A stretch of 64,000 nt of DNA from an uncultured Thermoleophilia bacterium (GTDB lineage Bacteria > Actinomycetota > Thermoleophilia > UBA2241). The number at the start of each line of letters is the position of its first letter. Positions within the stretch are counted from its first letter, which is position 1. Under the pieces are notes generated by a model that saw only the letters and a list, made by a program, of their open reading frames with translations, did no database searches and was not told the DNA's origin. A program made the position numbers and the translations under genes. The DNA is taken from contig CAVQSP010000013.1 of assembly GCA_963715985.1 (NCBI GenBank), forward strand, positions 384,001 through 448,000. The letters run 5' to 3'. Below, in pieces: positions 32,283 to 41,061 of the stretch.

Positions 32283-33386
32283 GTGAACGAGCCGGCGCGC
32301 CCGCGCGCCCGTGAGCTGGGCATAGCTCCGGGCACCCTGCCCGCCGGCCCGCTCAACGCGATCACCGACGTGCCCGGCGTGCGCGTCGGCCACTGTACCG
32401 TCTCGTGGGGCGGGCCCGAGCTGCCTTCCGGCAGCGGGCCCGCCCGCACGGGCGTCACCGCCATCTTCCCTCACGACGGCGACCTCTGGCGCGAACGCGT
32501 CGTGGCCGGCGCGTTCGCCGCCAACGGCGTGGGCGAGGTCATCGGCATCAGCGCCATCCGCGAGTGGGGCCTCATCGAGACGCCGGTCATGCTCACCAAC
32601 TCGCAGAGCGCCGGCGCCGTGTACGACGCCACCGTGCGCTGGATGATGGACCGCGACCCGGGTGTGGGCATCGAGGACGCGGCCATGCCCGTCGTCGGCG
32701 AATGTGACGACGGCTTTCTCAACGACCTCCGCGGCATGCACGTGCACGAAGAGCACGTGCGACAGGCCTTGGACTCGGCCGCCGCCGGCCCCGTGGCCGA
32801 AGGCTGCGTCGGGGCCGGCACAGGCATGACCTGCTTCGACTTCAAGGGCGGCATCGGCACGTCGTCGCGCCTCGTCGGCGCGCACGGCCTGCCGTTCACT
32901 GTCGGCGTGCTCGCGCTCACCAACTTCGGCGAACGCCGCCGGCTGTCCGTGGACGGCGTCCCCGTGGGCAGCGCCATCACCGACCTCCTGCCGCTCGAGC
33001 ACCGCGAGGGCTCGTGCATCGTGGTCCTGGCCACCGACGCGCCGCTCACAGCACGGCAGTGCGAGCGGCTGGCCAAGCGCTGCGCTCTCGGCCTGGCCGT
33101 GACCGGCTCCGTGGCTGGGGACGGCAGCGGGGAGATCATGGTGGCCTTCAGCACCGCCCAGCGCGTGCCGCGCGCGTCCGCGGCGCCGCTGCAGTTCACC
33201 TCGGTGAGCAACGACCACATGCACGAGCTGTTCGAGGCCTCTGTGGATGCTACGGCCGAGAGCGTGCTCAACTCGCTGTGCGCGGCGCGGACCACCGTGG
33301 GGCGCGGCGGCAACACGGTCCATGAGCTGCCGCAGGATCGCCTCGTCGACGTCATGCGCGCCCACGCCTACCTGCCTCTCGCCTGA
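32283..33386 (+). CDS. DmpA/P1-family (peptidase S58) L-aminopeptidase/D-esterase
   Basis: GPLNAITDVPGVRVGH, RTGVT, PVVGECDD, GAGTGM..F.FKGGIGTSSR, EG/SCIVVLATDAP cleavage motif. Confidence 0.92.
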   Translation: MNEPARPRARELGIAPGTLPAGPLNAITDVPGVRVGHCTVSWGGPELPSGSGPARTGVTAIFPHDGDLWRERVVAGAFAANGVGEVIGISAIREWGLIETPVMLTNSQSAGAVYDATVRWMMDRDPGVGIEDAAMPVVGECDDGFLNDLRGMHVHEEHVRQALDSAAAGPVAEGCVGAGTGMTCFDFKGGIGTSSRLVGAHGLPFTVGVLALTNFGERRRLSVDGVPVGSAITDLLPLEHREGSCIVVLATDAPLTARQCERLAKRCALGLAVTGSVAGDGSGEIMVAFSTAQRVPRASAAPLQFTSVSNDHMHELFEASVDATAESVLNSLCAARTTVGRGGNTVHELPQDRLVDVMRAHAYLPLA

Positions 33387-33422
33387 CGGCGGGTGCCGGC
33401 GGCACGGCAGAGGCATCACGGC

Positions 33423-33452
33423 TTGCCCGGCCGCGCCCGGGAAGACTATTCT
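33423..33452 (+). promoter_or_regulatory. Candidate promoter of the ABC/MttB operon
   Basis: TTGCCC-N18-TATTCT, implying a leader of about 270 nt. Confidence 0.4.
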
Positions 33453-33727
33453 GACGCCAGCGACGACGGCCTCCGCGGCCGTCAGTCAGGTGTCCAGGGG
33501 GTGCATCGTCGAGGGAGTCGCACAGCCTTTGAGTCCCGCGTCCTCCGTGGGCACAGGTGTCGCCGCTCCGCTCCGCCGGGTCTCCGTCGTCGCCTCGTCG
33601 CGTCCGCAGCTGCGGAAGCGCCTCCAGCAGACCGACCACCAGCTCCGAGGTACGGCAACCGCGGATGTGAGAAGGAGGTAAGGGCTCGCGGCGTTCGGGG
33701 CCGAGCACCGGGCGAGCCCGGAGACAA

Positions 33728-34696
33728 GTGGACAAGCGACGATACTTCGTGCGGAAGATCCTGAACGCCGTGCTCACCATCGTACTGGTGGCGTCGTTCA
33801 ACTTCGCACTCTTCAGGATCCTCCCCGGCGACCCGGCGCGCCTGCTCCTGCCCAAGGGCAAGCAGGACCCGTCCGCCATCGAGAAGCAGCGCAAGACCTT
33901 CAACCTCGACAAGCCCATGTGGCAGCAGTTCGCCCTCTACTGGGGCGACACGCTGCAGGGCAAGTTCGGCATGTCCTTCTCCGAGAAGCGGCCGGTGACG
34001 GAGGTGGTGGCCGAGCGCATCTGGCCGACGGTGCTCCTTGTGGGCGTGGGTACGGTGTTCGCCACCATCGTCGGCATGATCCTGGGCGTGTTCGCGGGGT
34101 GGCGAAGAAACGGTGTCTTCGATGTGGTCACCACGAACACCGGCATGGTGCTGTACGCCATGCCGACGTTCTGGTTCGGCCTCCTCATGATCATGCTCTT
34201 CGCCACCAAGCTCCGCTGGTTCCCCACGGGCCGCATGGAAGAACCGGGAGTGGTGCTGAGCGGTTTCGCCGCCTTCCAGTCGCTGGCCAAGCACCTCTTC
34301 CTGCCCGCCTTCACGTTCGCCATCGCCTACGTGGGCGAGTACGAGCTCATCATGCGCAGCTCCATCACCGGCGTGATGAAGGAGGACTTCGCGCTCACGG
34401 CGCGCGCCAAGGGCCTCAGCGAGAACGCCGTGCTGTGGCGTCACGTGGTGCCCAACGCCATGCTGCCCACGGTCACCATCGTGATGATGAACCTGGGCTT
34501 CGTGATGTCCGGGGCGATCCTGGCCGAGAGCGTGTTCAACTGGCCCGGGCTGGGGCTGCTCTCGTATGAGTCGATGCAGAAGCGCGACTACCCGGTGATG
34601 CAGGCCGTGTTCCTCATCGCCAGCATCGCCGTGATCGTCGCCAACCTCATCGCCGACATCATGTACTACTACCTCGATCCGCGGGTGCACGCATGA
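33728..34696 (+). CDS. Peptide/nickel ABC permease (DppB/OppB type)
   Basis: LPGDPA, G.FG.SF, P.FW.GL, TARAKGL, ESVFNWPGLG, DYPV, YLDPRV. Confidence 0.93.
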   Translation: MDKRRYFVRKILNAVLTIVLVASFNFALFRILPGDPARLLLPKGKQDPSAIEKQRKTFNLDKPMWQQFALYWGDTLQGKFGMSFSEKRPVTEVVAERIWPTVLLVGVGTVFATIVGMILGVFAGWRRNGVFDVVTTNTGMVLYAMPTFWFGLLMIMLFATKLRWFPTGRMEEPGVVLSGFAAFQSLAKHLFLPAFTFAIAYVGEYELIMRSSITGVMKEDFALTARAKGLSENAVLWRHVVPNAMLPTVTIVMMNLGFVMSGAILAESVFNWPGLGLLSYESMQKRDYPVMQAVFLIASIAVIVANLIADIMYYYLDPRVHA

Positions 34697-36231
34697 TCCC
34701 CCGGCGGTTCAGGAACTGGATCCTCTTCTGGACGCCCATGACGTGGCTGATCCTGGAACTGGTCCTGTATCCCAAGGACGTGCCGCTCTCGGCCGGCTTC
34801 TCGGCGGTCGTCAAGGGCTTCTTCTCGGCGAGCATCGCCTCGTACCCGCCGTGGGTGATCATCCTGGCGGCGATCGTCACCATCGGGCTCGGCGTGCTTG
34901 GCCGGGTGCGCAAGACCAAGGCCGCGGCCTTCGACTACACGCTCATGCTCATGGGCGTCATCTTCGCCGTGTGGGCGTTCCTCGCCGGCGGCGGCACCTC
35001 CGGCTGGTCCGCCGGCGCCAGCGTCATCTCGTACGGCTGGGTGTTCCAGACCATCGAGGTCGTGCTCGGCGGTGTGGCCGCCTGGTTCTGGGCGTCCGGC
35101 AACGGCGAGCGCGCCGAACTGCTCGTGTGGAACACGCACCAGGTGTGGAAGCTCTACCGCGGCAACTGGCAGGGCATGGTGGGCCTCGGCATCCTCGTGG
35201 TCTTCCTGGCCATGGCGCTGCTGGCTCCGTTCCTCATCGACCACGCCCTGCTCGACCCCAACGCCCAGATCGCCGATCCGGCCACCGGCGAGCTCTTCGG
35301 CCCGTACCACCCGCCGACCTGGTACTGGCCGAACCTGTTCGGCACCGACCAGGTCGGGCAGTCGGTGCTGGCGCAGTTCATCTGGAGCGCGCGCATCTCG
35401 CTCATGGTCGGTCTGCTGGCCGCCATCATGTCCACCGTGGTGGGCGCGGGCATCGGCATCGCCGCCGGCTTCTACGGAGGCTGGCAGGGAGAGGTGTGGA
35501 TGCGGCTCACCGACGCGTTCCTCGTCATCCCCTGGCTGCCGCTCGCCATGGTGCTGGCCGCCGCCTGGGGACAGAACTACTGGATGATCATCGTGATCAT
35601 CGGCATCACCAGCTGGCCGGGTACCGCACGCGTGATCAGATCGGACGTGCTGCGCGTGCGCGAACTGCAGTTCATCGAACGCGCCAAGGCCATCGGCTCG
35701 AGCGGTGGGCACATCATGACCAAGCACGTCCTGCCCAACGTGATGCCGCTCATCTTCGCCAACCTCGTGCTGGTCGTGGCCATCGCCATCCTCTCCGAGA
35801 CCACGCTGTCGTTCCTCGGTCTCGGTGACCCCCTCAACTTCAGCTGGGGCACCATGCTCCACTACGCCTGGGTCAACGGCGCCGCCGGTCTGCCGGCCTG
35901 GTGGTACCTGCTCCCGCCGGGCATCGCGATCATCCTCGTGGTGCTGGCCTTCACCTTCATCGGTACGGCCTACGACGAGGTGCTCGATCCCAAGCTGCGC
36001 AAGCGCGAGGACAGCGGCACGGAGAGCCGCTTCGCGGCGCGTGGCGAGCCGGCGGTCGCCATGGGCGGCGCCGGCGTCGGCGGCGGCGGGGGCATCTTCA
36101 CGCCCGGCCAGCAGACCGACGACGCCATGCCCGACTTCAACAAGCCGGCCGGCGGTTCCATCGGCCGGCCTGAAGGCGGCGGCTGGGTCGGCGGCCACAT
36201 CCAGGACGACGAGGAAGGGGGCGAAGAATGA
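34693..36231 (+). CDS. Peptide/nickel ABC permease (DppC/OppC type) with extra N-terminal membrane domain
   Basis: LFGTD..G, ARISL.VG, FIERAKAIG, HVLPN, E..LSFLGLG, WG.ML. Confidence 0.92.
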   Translation: MIPRRFRNWILFWTPMTWLILELVLYPKDVPLSAGFSAVVKGFFSASIASYPPWVIILAAIVTIGLGVLGRVRKTKAAAFDYTLMLMGVIFAVWAFLAGGGTSGWSAGASVISYGWVFQTIEVVLGGVAAWFWASGNGERAELLVWNTHQVWKLYRGNWQGMVGLGILVVFLAMALLAPFLIDHALLDPNAQIADPATGELFGPYHPPTWYWPNLFGTDQVGQSVLAQFIWSARISLMVGLLAAIMSTVVGAGIGIAAGFYGGWQGEVWMRLTDAFLVIPWLPLAMVLAAAWGQNYWMIIVIIGITSWPGTARVIRSDVLRVRELQFIERAKAIGSSGGHIMTKHVLPNVMPLIFANLVLVVAIAILSETTLSFLGLGDPLNFSWGTMLHYAWVNGAAGLPAWWYLLPPGIAIILVVLAFTFIGTAYDEVLDPKLRKREDSGTESRFAARGEPAVAMGGAGVGGGGGIFTPGQQTDDAMPDFNKPAGGSIGRPEGGGWVGGHIQDDEEGGEE

Positions 36232-37253
36232 GCCCCACGAAGACGAAGGCCAAGGCTCCCGAGAAGAAGCCCGTCGAGCGCATCGAGCACGAAGGCCTGC
36301 TCGACGTGCGCGGTCTCACCACCTACTTCAAGCTCGGCGTCGGCGACGTCAAGGCCGTACAGGACGTGAGCTTCGTCCTCAAGCCCGGCGAGAGCCTCGG
36401 CCTCGCCGGCGAGTCCGGCTGCGGCAAGACCACGGCCGCACTCTCCATCCTCAAGCTGCTCCCCGAGAACGGGCGCATCGTGAGCGGCGACGTGCTCTTC
36501 GACGGCCGCAACCTCGCCAAGCGCACCGAGTACGGCATGAGCAAGATCCGCTGGAAGGAGATCAGCATCATCTTCCAGGGGGCGATGAACGCGCTGAACC
36601 CGGTGCAGGAGACGGGCAAGCAGATCGCCGAACCCATCCAGCTGCACGAAGGGCTCAGCGAGGGCAAGGCGATGGTGCGCGTCAAGGAGCTCTACGACCT
36701 CGTCGGCATCAGCCAGAAGCGCGTCATGGACTTCCCGCACCAGCTCTCCGGCGGCATGCGCCAGCGCGCCATGATCGCGATGGCCCTGGCCTGTAACCCC
36801 AAGCTGGTCATCGGCGACGAGCCCACCACAGCGCTCGACGTCATGGTGCAGGCGCAGATCCTCGAGCTCATCCACCGCCTGCGCACCGAGCTCAGCCTCT
36901 CCTTCATCCTCATCAGCCATGACCTCTCCGTGATGGCCGAGACCTGCGACAAGGGCGTCGTCATGTACGCGGGAGAGGTCGTCGAGAGCGGCACCACCGC
37001 CGACATCTTCAACAACGCCACGCACCCCTACACGCGGCAGCTCATCAAGGCGTTCCCCAACATCCACGAGAAACGCGAGATGGTCTCCTCCATCAAGGGC
37101 GACCCGCCCAACCTCGTGAACCCGCCCGCGGGCTGCGGCTTCTGCCCGCGCTGCGACGACAAGATCGCCAGCTGCGAGACCGAGCACCCCGGCCTCATCG
37201 AGGTCGAGCGCGGGCACTTCGTGCGCTGCGTCCACGCACAGAAGGGGGTGTGA
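36228..37253 (+). CDS. Peptide ABC ATPase (DppD/OppD type)
   Basis: [35 protein letters not shown]. Confidence 0.95.
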   Translation: MSPTKTKAKAPEKKPVERIEHEGLLDVRGLTTYFKLGVGDVKAVQDVSFVLKPGESLGLAGESGCGKTTAALSILKLLPENGRIVSGDVLFDGRNLAKRTEYGMSKIRWKEISIIFQGAMNALNPVQETGKQIAEPIQLHEGLSEGKAMVRVKELYDLVGISQKRVMDFPHQLSGGMRQRAMIAMALACNPKLVIGDEPTTALDVMVQAQILELIHRLRTELSLSFILISHDLSVMAETCDKGVVMYAGEVVESGTTADIFNNATHPYTRQLIKAFPNIHEKREMVSSIKGDPPNLVNPPAGCGFCPRCDDKIASCETEHPGLIEVERGHFVRCVHAQKGV

Positions 37254-37255
37254 GG

Positions 37256-38332
37256 ATGGCGGCCACCGAGAATCCGACCGCGCGCACCGACATCTACGAG
37301 AAGGGCACAGTCCACGCCGACGACCTCTCGTCGGCCACCGTCAAGGACGGCGTGCTCTTCGACGTCAAGGACCTGGAGGTCTACTTCCCCATCCGCGAGG
37401 GGTTCTTCAAGAGCATGGTCTCCAGCGAGAAGAAGTTCGTGAAGGCCGTGGACCACATCAGCTTCCAGGTGATGCAGGGGGAGATCCTCGCCCTCGTCGG
37501 CGAGTCGGGCTGCGGCAAGACGACCACGGGGCGCACGCTGCTGCGCCTCGAGGAGCCTACCGGCGGCCACATCCTCTACAAGGGGCTGCCGGTGGAGAAG
37601 TTCTCGGCCAAGACGCTGCGCGCGTACCGCAAGAAGGCGCAGATCATCTTCCAGGACCCCTACAACTCCATCAATCCCAAGCAGACGATCTTCGACATCG
37701 TCGCCGAACCCCTCGAGGTCAACAACATCACCTCCAGCGAGCGGGAGAAGGAAGAGCGGGTCATCACCGCGATCAGCGAGGCCGGCCTGCGGCCGGCCAC
37801 CGAATACCTCTACCGCTACCCGCACGAGCTCTCCGGCGGGCAGCGCCAGCGCGTGTGCATCGCCGGCGCCACGGTGCTCGACCCCGACGTGATCGTCGCC
37901 GACGAGCCGGTCGCCAGCCTGGACGTCTCCATCCGCAACGACATCCTCAAGCTGATGGTGGAGGAGAAGGAGAAGCTCGGCGTCACGTACATCTTCATCA
38001 CCCACGACCTCTCCCTGGCCTGGGTGATCAGCGACCGCATCGCCGTGATGTACCTGGGCCGCATCGTGGAGATCGGCGAGACCGAGGAGGTCGTCGCCAA
38101 CCCGCAGCACCCGTACACGCGGGCGCTCATCAGCGTGATCCCGGTGCCCGATCCTCTGGCCAAGCGCGAGCACGTGATCCTCAAGGGCGAGACGCCGAAC
38201 CCGGTGGACATCCCGTCGGGCTGCCGCTTCCACCCGCGCTGCCCCGAGGCGATCGAGGCGTGCAAGGAGATCGACCCGCCCGACGTGCACATCGGCGGCG
38301 ACCACTACGCCGCCTGCATCAGGATCAAGTAG
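37256..38332 (+). CDS. Peptide ABC ATPase (DppF/OppF type)
   Basis: [40 protein letters not shown]. Confidence 0.95.
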   Translation: MAATENPTARTDIYEKGTVHADDLSSATVKDGVLFDVKDLEVYFPIREGFFKSMVSSEKKFVKAVDHISFQVMQGEILALVGESGCGKTTTGRTLLRLEEPTGGHILYKGLPVEKFSAKTLRAYRKKAQIIFQDPYNSINPKQTIFDIVAEPLEVNNITSSEREKEERVITAISEAGLRPATEYLYRYPHELSGGQRQRVCIAGATVLDPDVIVADEPVASLDVSIRNDILKLMVEEKEKLGVTYIFITHDLSLAWVISDRIAVMYLGRIVEIGETEEVVANPQHPYTRALISVIPVPDPLAKREHVILKGETPNPVDIPSGCRFHPRCPEAIEACKEIDPPDVHIGGDHYAACIRIK

Positions 38333-38345
38333 CAGAAGCACACCC

Positions 38346-38379
38346 GCGACGCGGGCGGCGGGACGCCGCCCGCGTCGCG
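38346..38379 (+). terminator. GC-rich hairpin between the ABC ATPase and mttB-like gene (terminator or stabiliser)
   Basis: GCGACGCGGGCGGCG...CGCCGCCCGCGTCGC. Confidence 0.55.
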
Positions 38380-38440
38380 TCAGGACCGGTGGACCGGGCG
38401 TGTGCCCGGCCGGCGCGTCCACAGACTGAGGGGGCACCCG

Positions 38441-39916
38441 TTGCGGGACTCACGTATCGACATCTGGCCCGACGAGGCCATCGAGGCCATGCATCTGGCG
38501 TCGCTCGAGCTGCTGGAACGCGCCGGCGTCAAGGTCGAGTCGCCGGTCGCGGTCGATCTCCTCACCGCGGCGGGCTGCACCGTCGCCGCCGGGCGCGTGC
38601 GCGTGCCGCGGCAGGTGGTGGAGGACGCGCTCGCGGCGTGCCCGGACTCGGCCACGCTGGCCGCCCGCGACCCGCACCGCTCGCTGGTGTTCGACGGCGA
38701 GCCCGGGCCGACCTACGTGCACAACATGGGCGGCGCCCGCGACGTGGCCGACCCGCGCAGCGGGTCGCTGCGGCGCGCCTGTCTGCGCGACCAGGTGCTC
38801 TCGGCACGCGTCATGCACAGCCTGGTACACCAGGACCAGGTCACGTCGTTGTGGCAGCCGGAGGACGTCCCCGACCCGCTCGAGCCCCTGTACTCGTACC
38901 TGGTGCTCGCGCACGAGACCGACAAGGCCATCGGCGGGCCCGGCATCTCCTACGATTTCCAGGCCCGCTACCTGCGGGAGATGGCCACCGCCGTGACCGG
39001 CGCCGACGGCGCCCACGGCGTGTACCCGGTGGACCTCGCCTTCTCGCCGGTGAGCCCGCTCGTGCTCGGCGGCGAGGTCACGGACGCTCTCGTGGCCCAG
39101 GTGCGGCTGGGTGGCATCATCGTCGAGATCCTGCCATGCCCCGCCGCCGCCACCACGGCCCCGGGGACGCTCTCGGCGGCCATCGCCCAGCAGAACGCCG
39201 AGGTGCTCGCCGGCATCACGCTCACGCAGCTCGTCGCCCCCGGCACGCCGGTCTACTACGGGCCCCGGCTGAGCGCCGTGGACCCGCGCAGCGGTGTGGT
39301 GGTGTCGGGCACGCCCGAGACCGGCGTGGCCTCTGTGGCGGCAGTGCTGCTGGCTCGGCGGTACGGTCTGGCCTGCGACTGCTACGGCCCGTGCAGTGAC
39401 AGCAAGGTCGTGGACACCCAGTTCGGCTACGAGCGCGCCGTCAATGCGCTGCTCGGCCTGGCCGCCAGGCCTCGTCTCCTGTCCGGCGTCGGCGAGATCC
39501 AGGCGGGCGTGGCCAGCTGCCTCGAGGTGCTCGTCATCGATGACGAGGTGCTCAACAACGCCTTCTACGCGCTGGCCGAGCGGCCCTGGGACGCCGACGC
39601 GCTGGACGTGGACGCCATGGTGGACGGCGTGCTGTCCGGCCGCGGCTTCCTCGGCACCAAGCACACGCGGCGCTACATCCGCAGCGAGTTCGTCACCCCG
39701 CTGCTGAGCTACCGTGGCGGGCTCAACGACTGGCTGGCGTCCGGGCGCGGCGGGGTGGTCGACCTGGCGTCCGAGCGCGTCGCCGCCTTGGTCCAACGTG
39801 AGCCGGTGGGGCTGCCCGGCGACGTGCTCGAGGAGCTGTGCGGGCTCATCGCCGCCTGCGCCGCCGAGATCGGCATCCCCGAGTATCCCGATCCGCGCCG
39901 CGCGCTGGTCGTGTAG
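38441..39916 (+). CDS. Trimethylamine methyltransferase (MttB) superfamily, non-pyrrolysine member
   Basis: H.ASLELLE..GV, SPL, TAPGTL..AIAQQNAEVLAG...Q...PGTP..YG, GTPE, SDSK..D.Q.GYE, DDE, FL...HT. Confidence 0.92.
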   Translation: MRDSRIDIWPDEAIEAMHLASLELLERAGVKVESPVAVDLLTAAGCTVAAGRVRVPRQVVEDALAACPDSATLAARDPHRSLVFDGEPGPTYVHNMGGARDVADPRSGSLRRACLRDQVLSARVMHSLVHQDQVTSLWQPEDVPDPLEPLYSYLVLAHETDKAIGGPGISYDFQARYLREMATAVTGADGAHGVYPVDLAFSPVSPLVLGGEVTDALVAQVRLGGIIVEILPCPAAATTAPGTLSAAIAQQNAEVLAGITLTQLVAPGTPVYYGPRLSAVDPRSGVVVSGTPETGVASVAAVLLARRYGLACDCYGPCSDSKVVDTQFGYERAVNALLGLAARPRLLSGVGEIQAGVASCLEVLVIDDEVLNNAFYALAERPWDADALDVDAMVDGVLSGRGFLGTKHTRRYIRSEFVTPLLSYRGGLNDWLASGRGGVVDLASERVAALVQREPVGLPGDVLEELCGLIAACAAEIGIPEYPDPRRALVV

Positions 39917-39931
39917 GGGCGGGGTCCGGGC

Positions 39932-41061
39932 ATGGCCATCCCATTTCCGTACATCCAGGCGCGGGGCTCGTACAGGGAACTTGGGCGCGCGGTGGGCGAG
40001 GGCGCCCGCGAACAGATCGGCGCGGCCATCGCGTTCTACGAAGAGCACTTCGCCGCGATGGCCGGCATCGACTTCACCGAGGCCGAGCGCCAGGCGCTCA
40101 CCTACCTCCCGTTCGCGCAGCGCTACCTGCCCCAGTATGTGGAGGAGCTCGAGGGCATGGCCGAGGGGTCCGGGCAGCCGTTCGTCAAGCTGCTCGTGCC
40201 CAACTGCGCCGAGGAGTTCACGTGCCCGGTGGACGAGGCCGGGGCCGCCCGACGGAGGTGACGGGCCGTATGAGGAGGGCCGCGGCCGCAGCCACGCGCC
40301 CGTGGCCGGTCACTTCTGCACGGCCGTGGCGGCCATGACGGACCACCGCCACCTGGTGGGCCACAACATGGACTGGTACGTGGTGGACGTGGACAAGAAC
40401 GTGCTGTTCGACCTCACCACGCCCACCGGCACGCGCATCGTCACGCTCGCGGGCGTTCCGTACCTGCCTATCCTCGGCATGAACTCCCACGGCGTGGCGT
40501 ACGTGGGCAACTCGGTGTACTCCAACGACGACCGCCTGGGCGTGCCCAACGTGTTCGTGCGCCGCTGGGCCCTCGAGGCCGAGAGCCTCGAGGAGGCGGC
40601 GGCGCGGGCCGCGATGCCGGTACGCGCGCGCGGCTCCAACCACCTCCTGGGGGATCGCGAGGGCCGCATCTGGGACGTGGAGACCTCGGCCCACGGCGCC
40701 GTGCTCACGGAGCACCAGGGCTTCGCCGCCCATACCAACCATTACGCGGCCCCGGCCATGGCCGTGTACGAGGGGTACCACAAGGCGGAGTCGCGGGTGC
40801 GTCTGGCCACGGCTGAAGGGGCGCTGAGCGCCGGCCTCGCGGAGCGGGGCCGACCCGATGGGCCTCATCGAGCGGGTGCTGCGCAGCCACGACAGGGAGC
40901 CGGACTGCATCTGCGGGCACCCGGACGAAGCCGAGCCGCTGGGCCGGCGCGTCATGACCGTGGCGAGCATGGTCTGCGACCTGGACGCCATGGAGCTGCG
41001 TGCCTGCGCCGGCCCGCCCTGCGAGAACCCCTACACCACGTGGTCGGTGGGGATCGGATGA
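39932..41061 (+). CDS. C45-family Ntn acyltransferase/amidase (frameshifts near 40245 and 40845)
   Basis: RGSYRELG..G, YLP...EELEGMAEGSG, FCTA nucleophile (TGC 40317), GHNMDW, GMNSHGV, HTNHY, ICGH, GPPC. Confidence 0.82.

Noticed and set aside
33247-33764. Small ORFs in the dmpA-permease gap
   Set aside because: Poor codon bias, overlap with neighbouring genes and no credible start signals
39914-39916. Pyrrolysine read-through of the TAG ending the MttB-like gene
   Set aside because: The TAG is at the natural C-terminus of a full-length protein, the Pyl site holds Cys, and no pyl genes or tRNA-Pyl are visible
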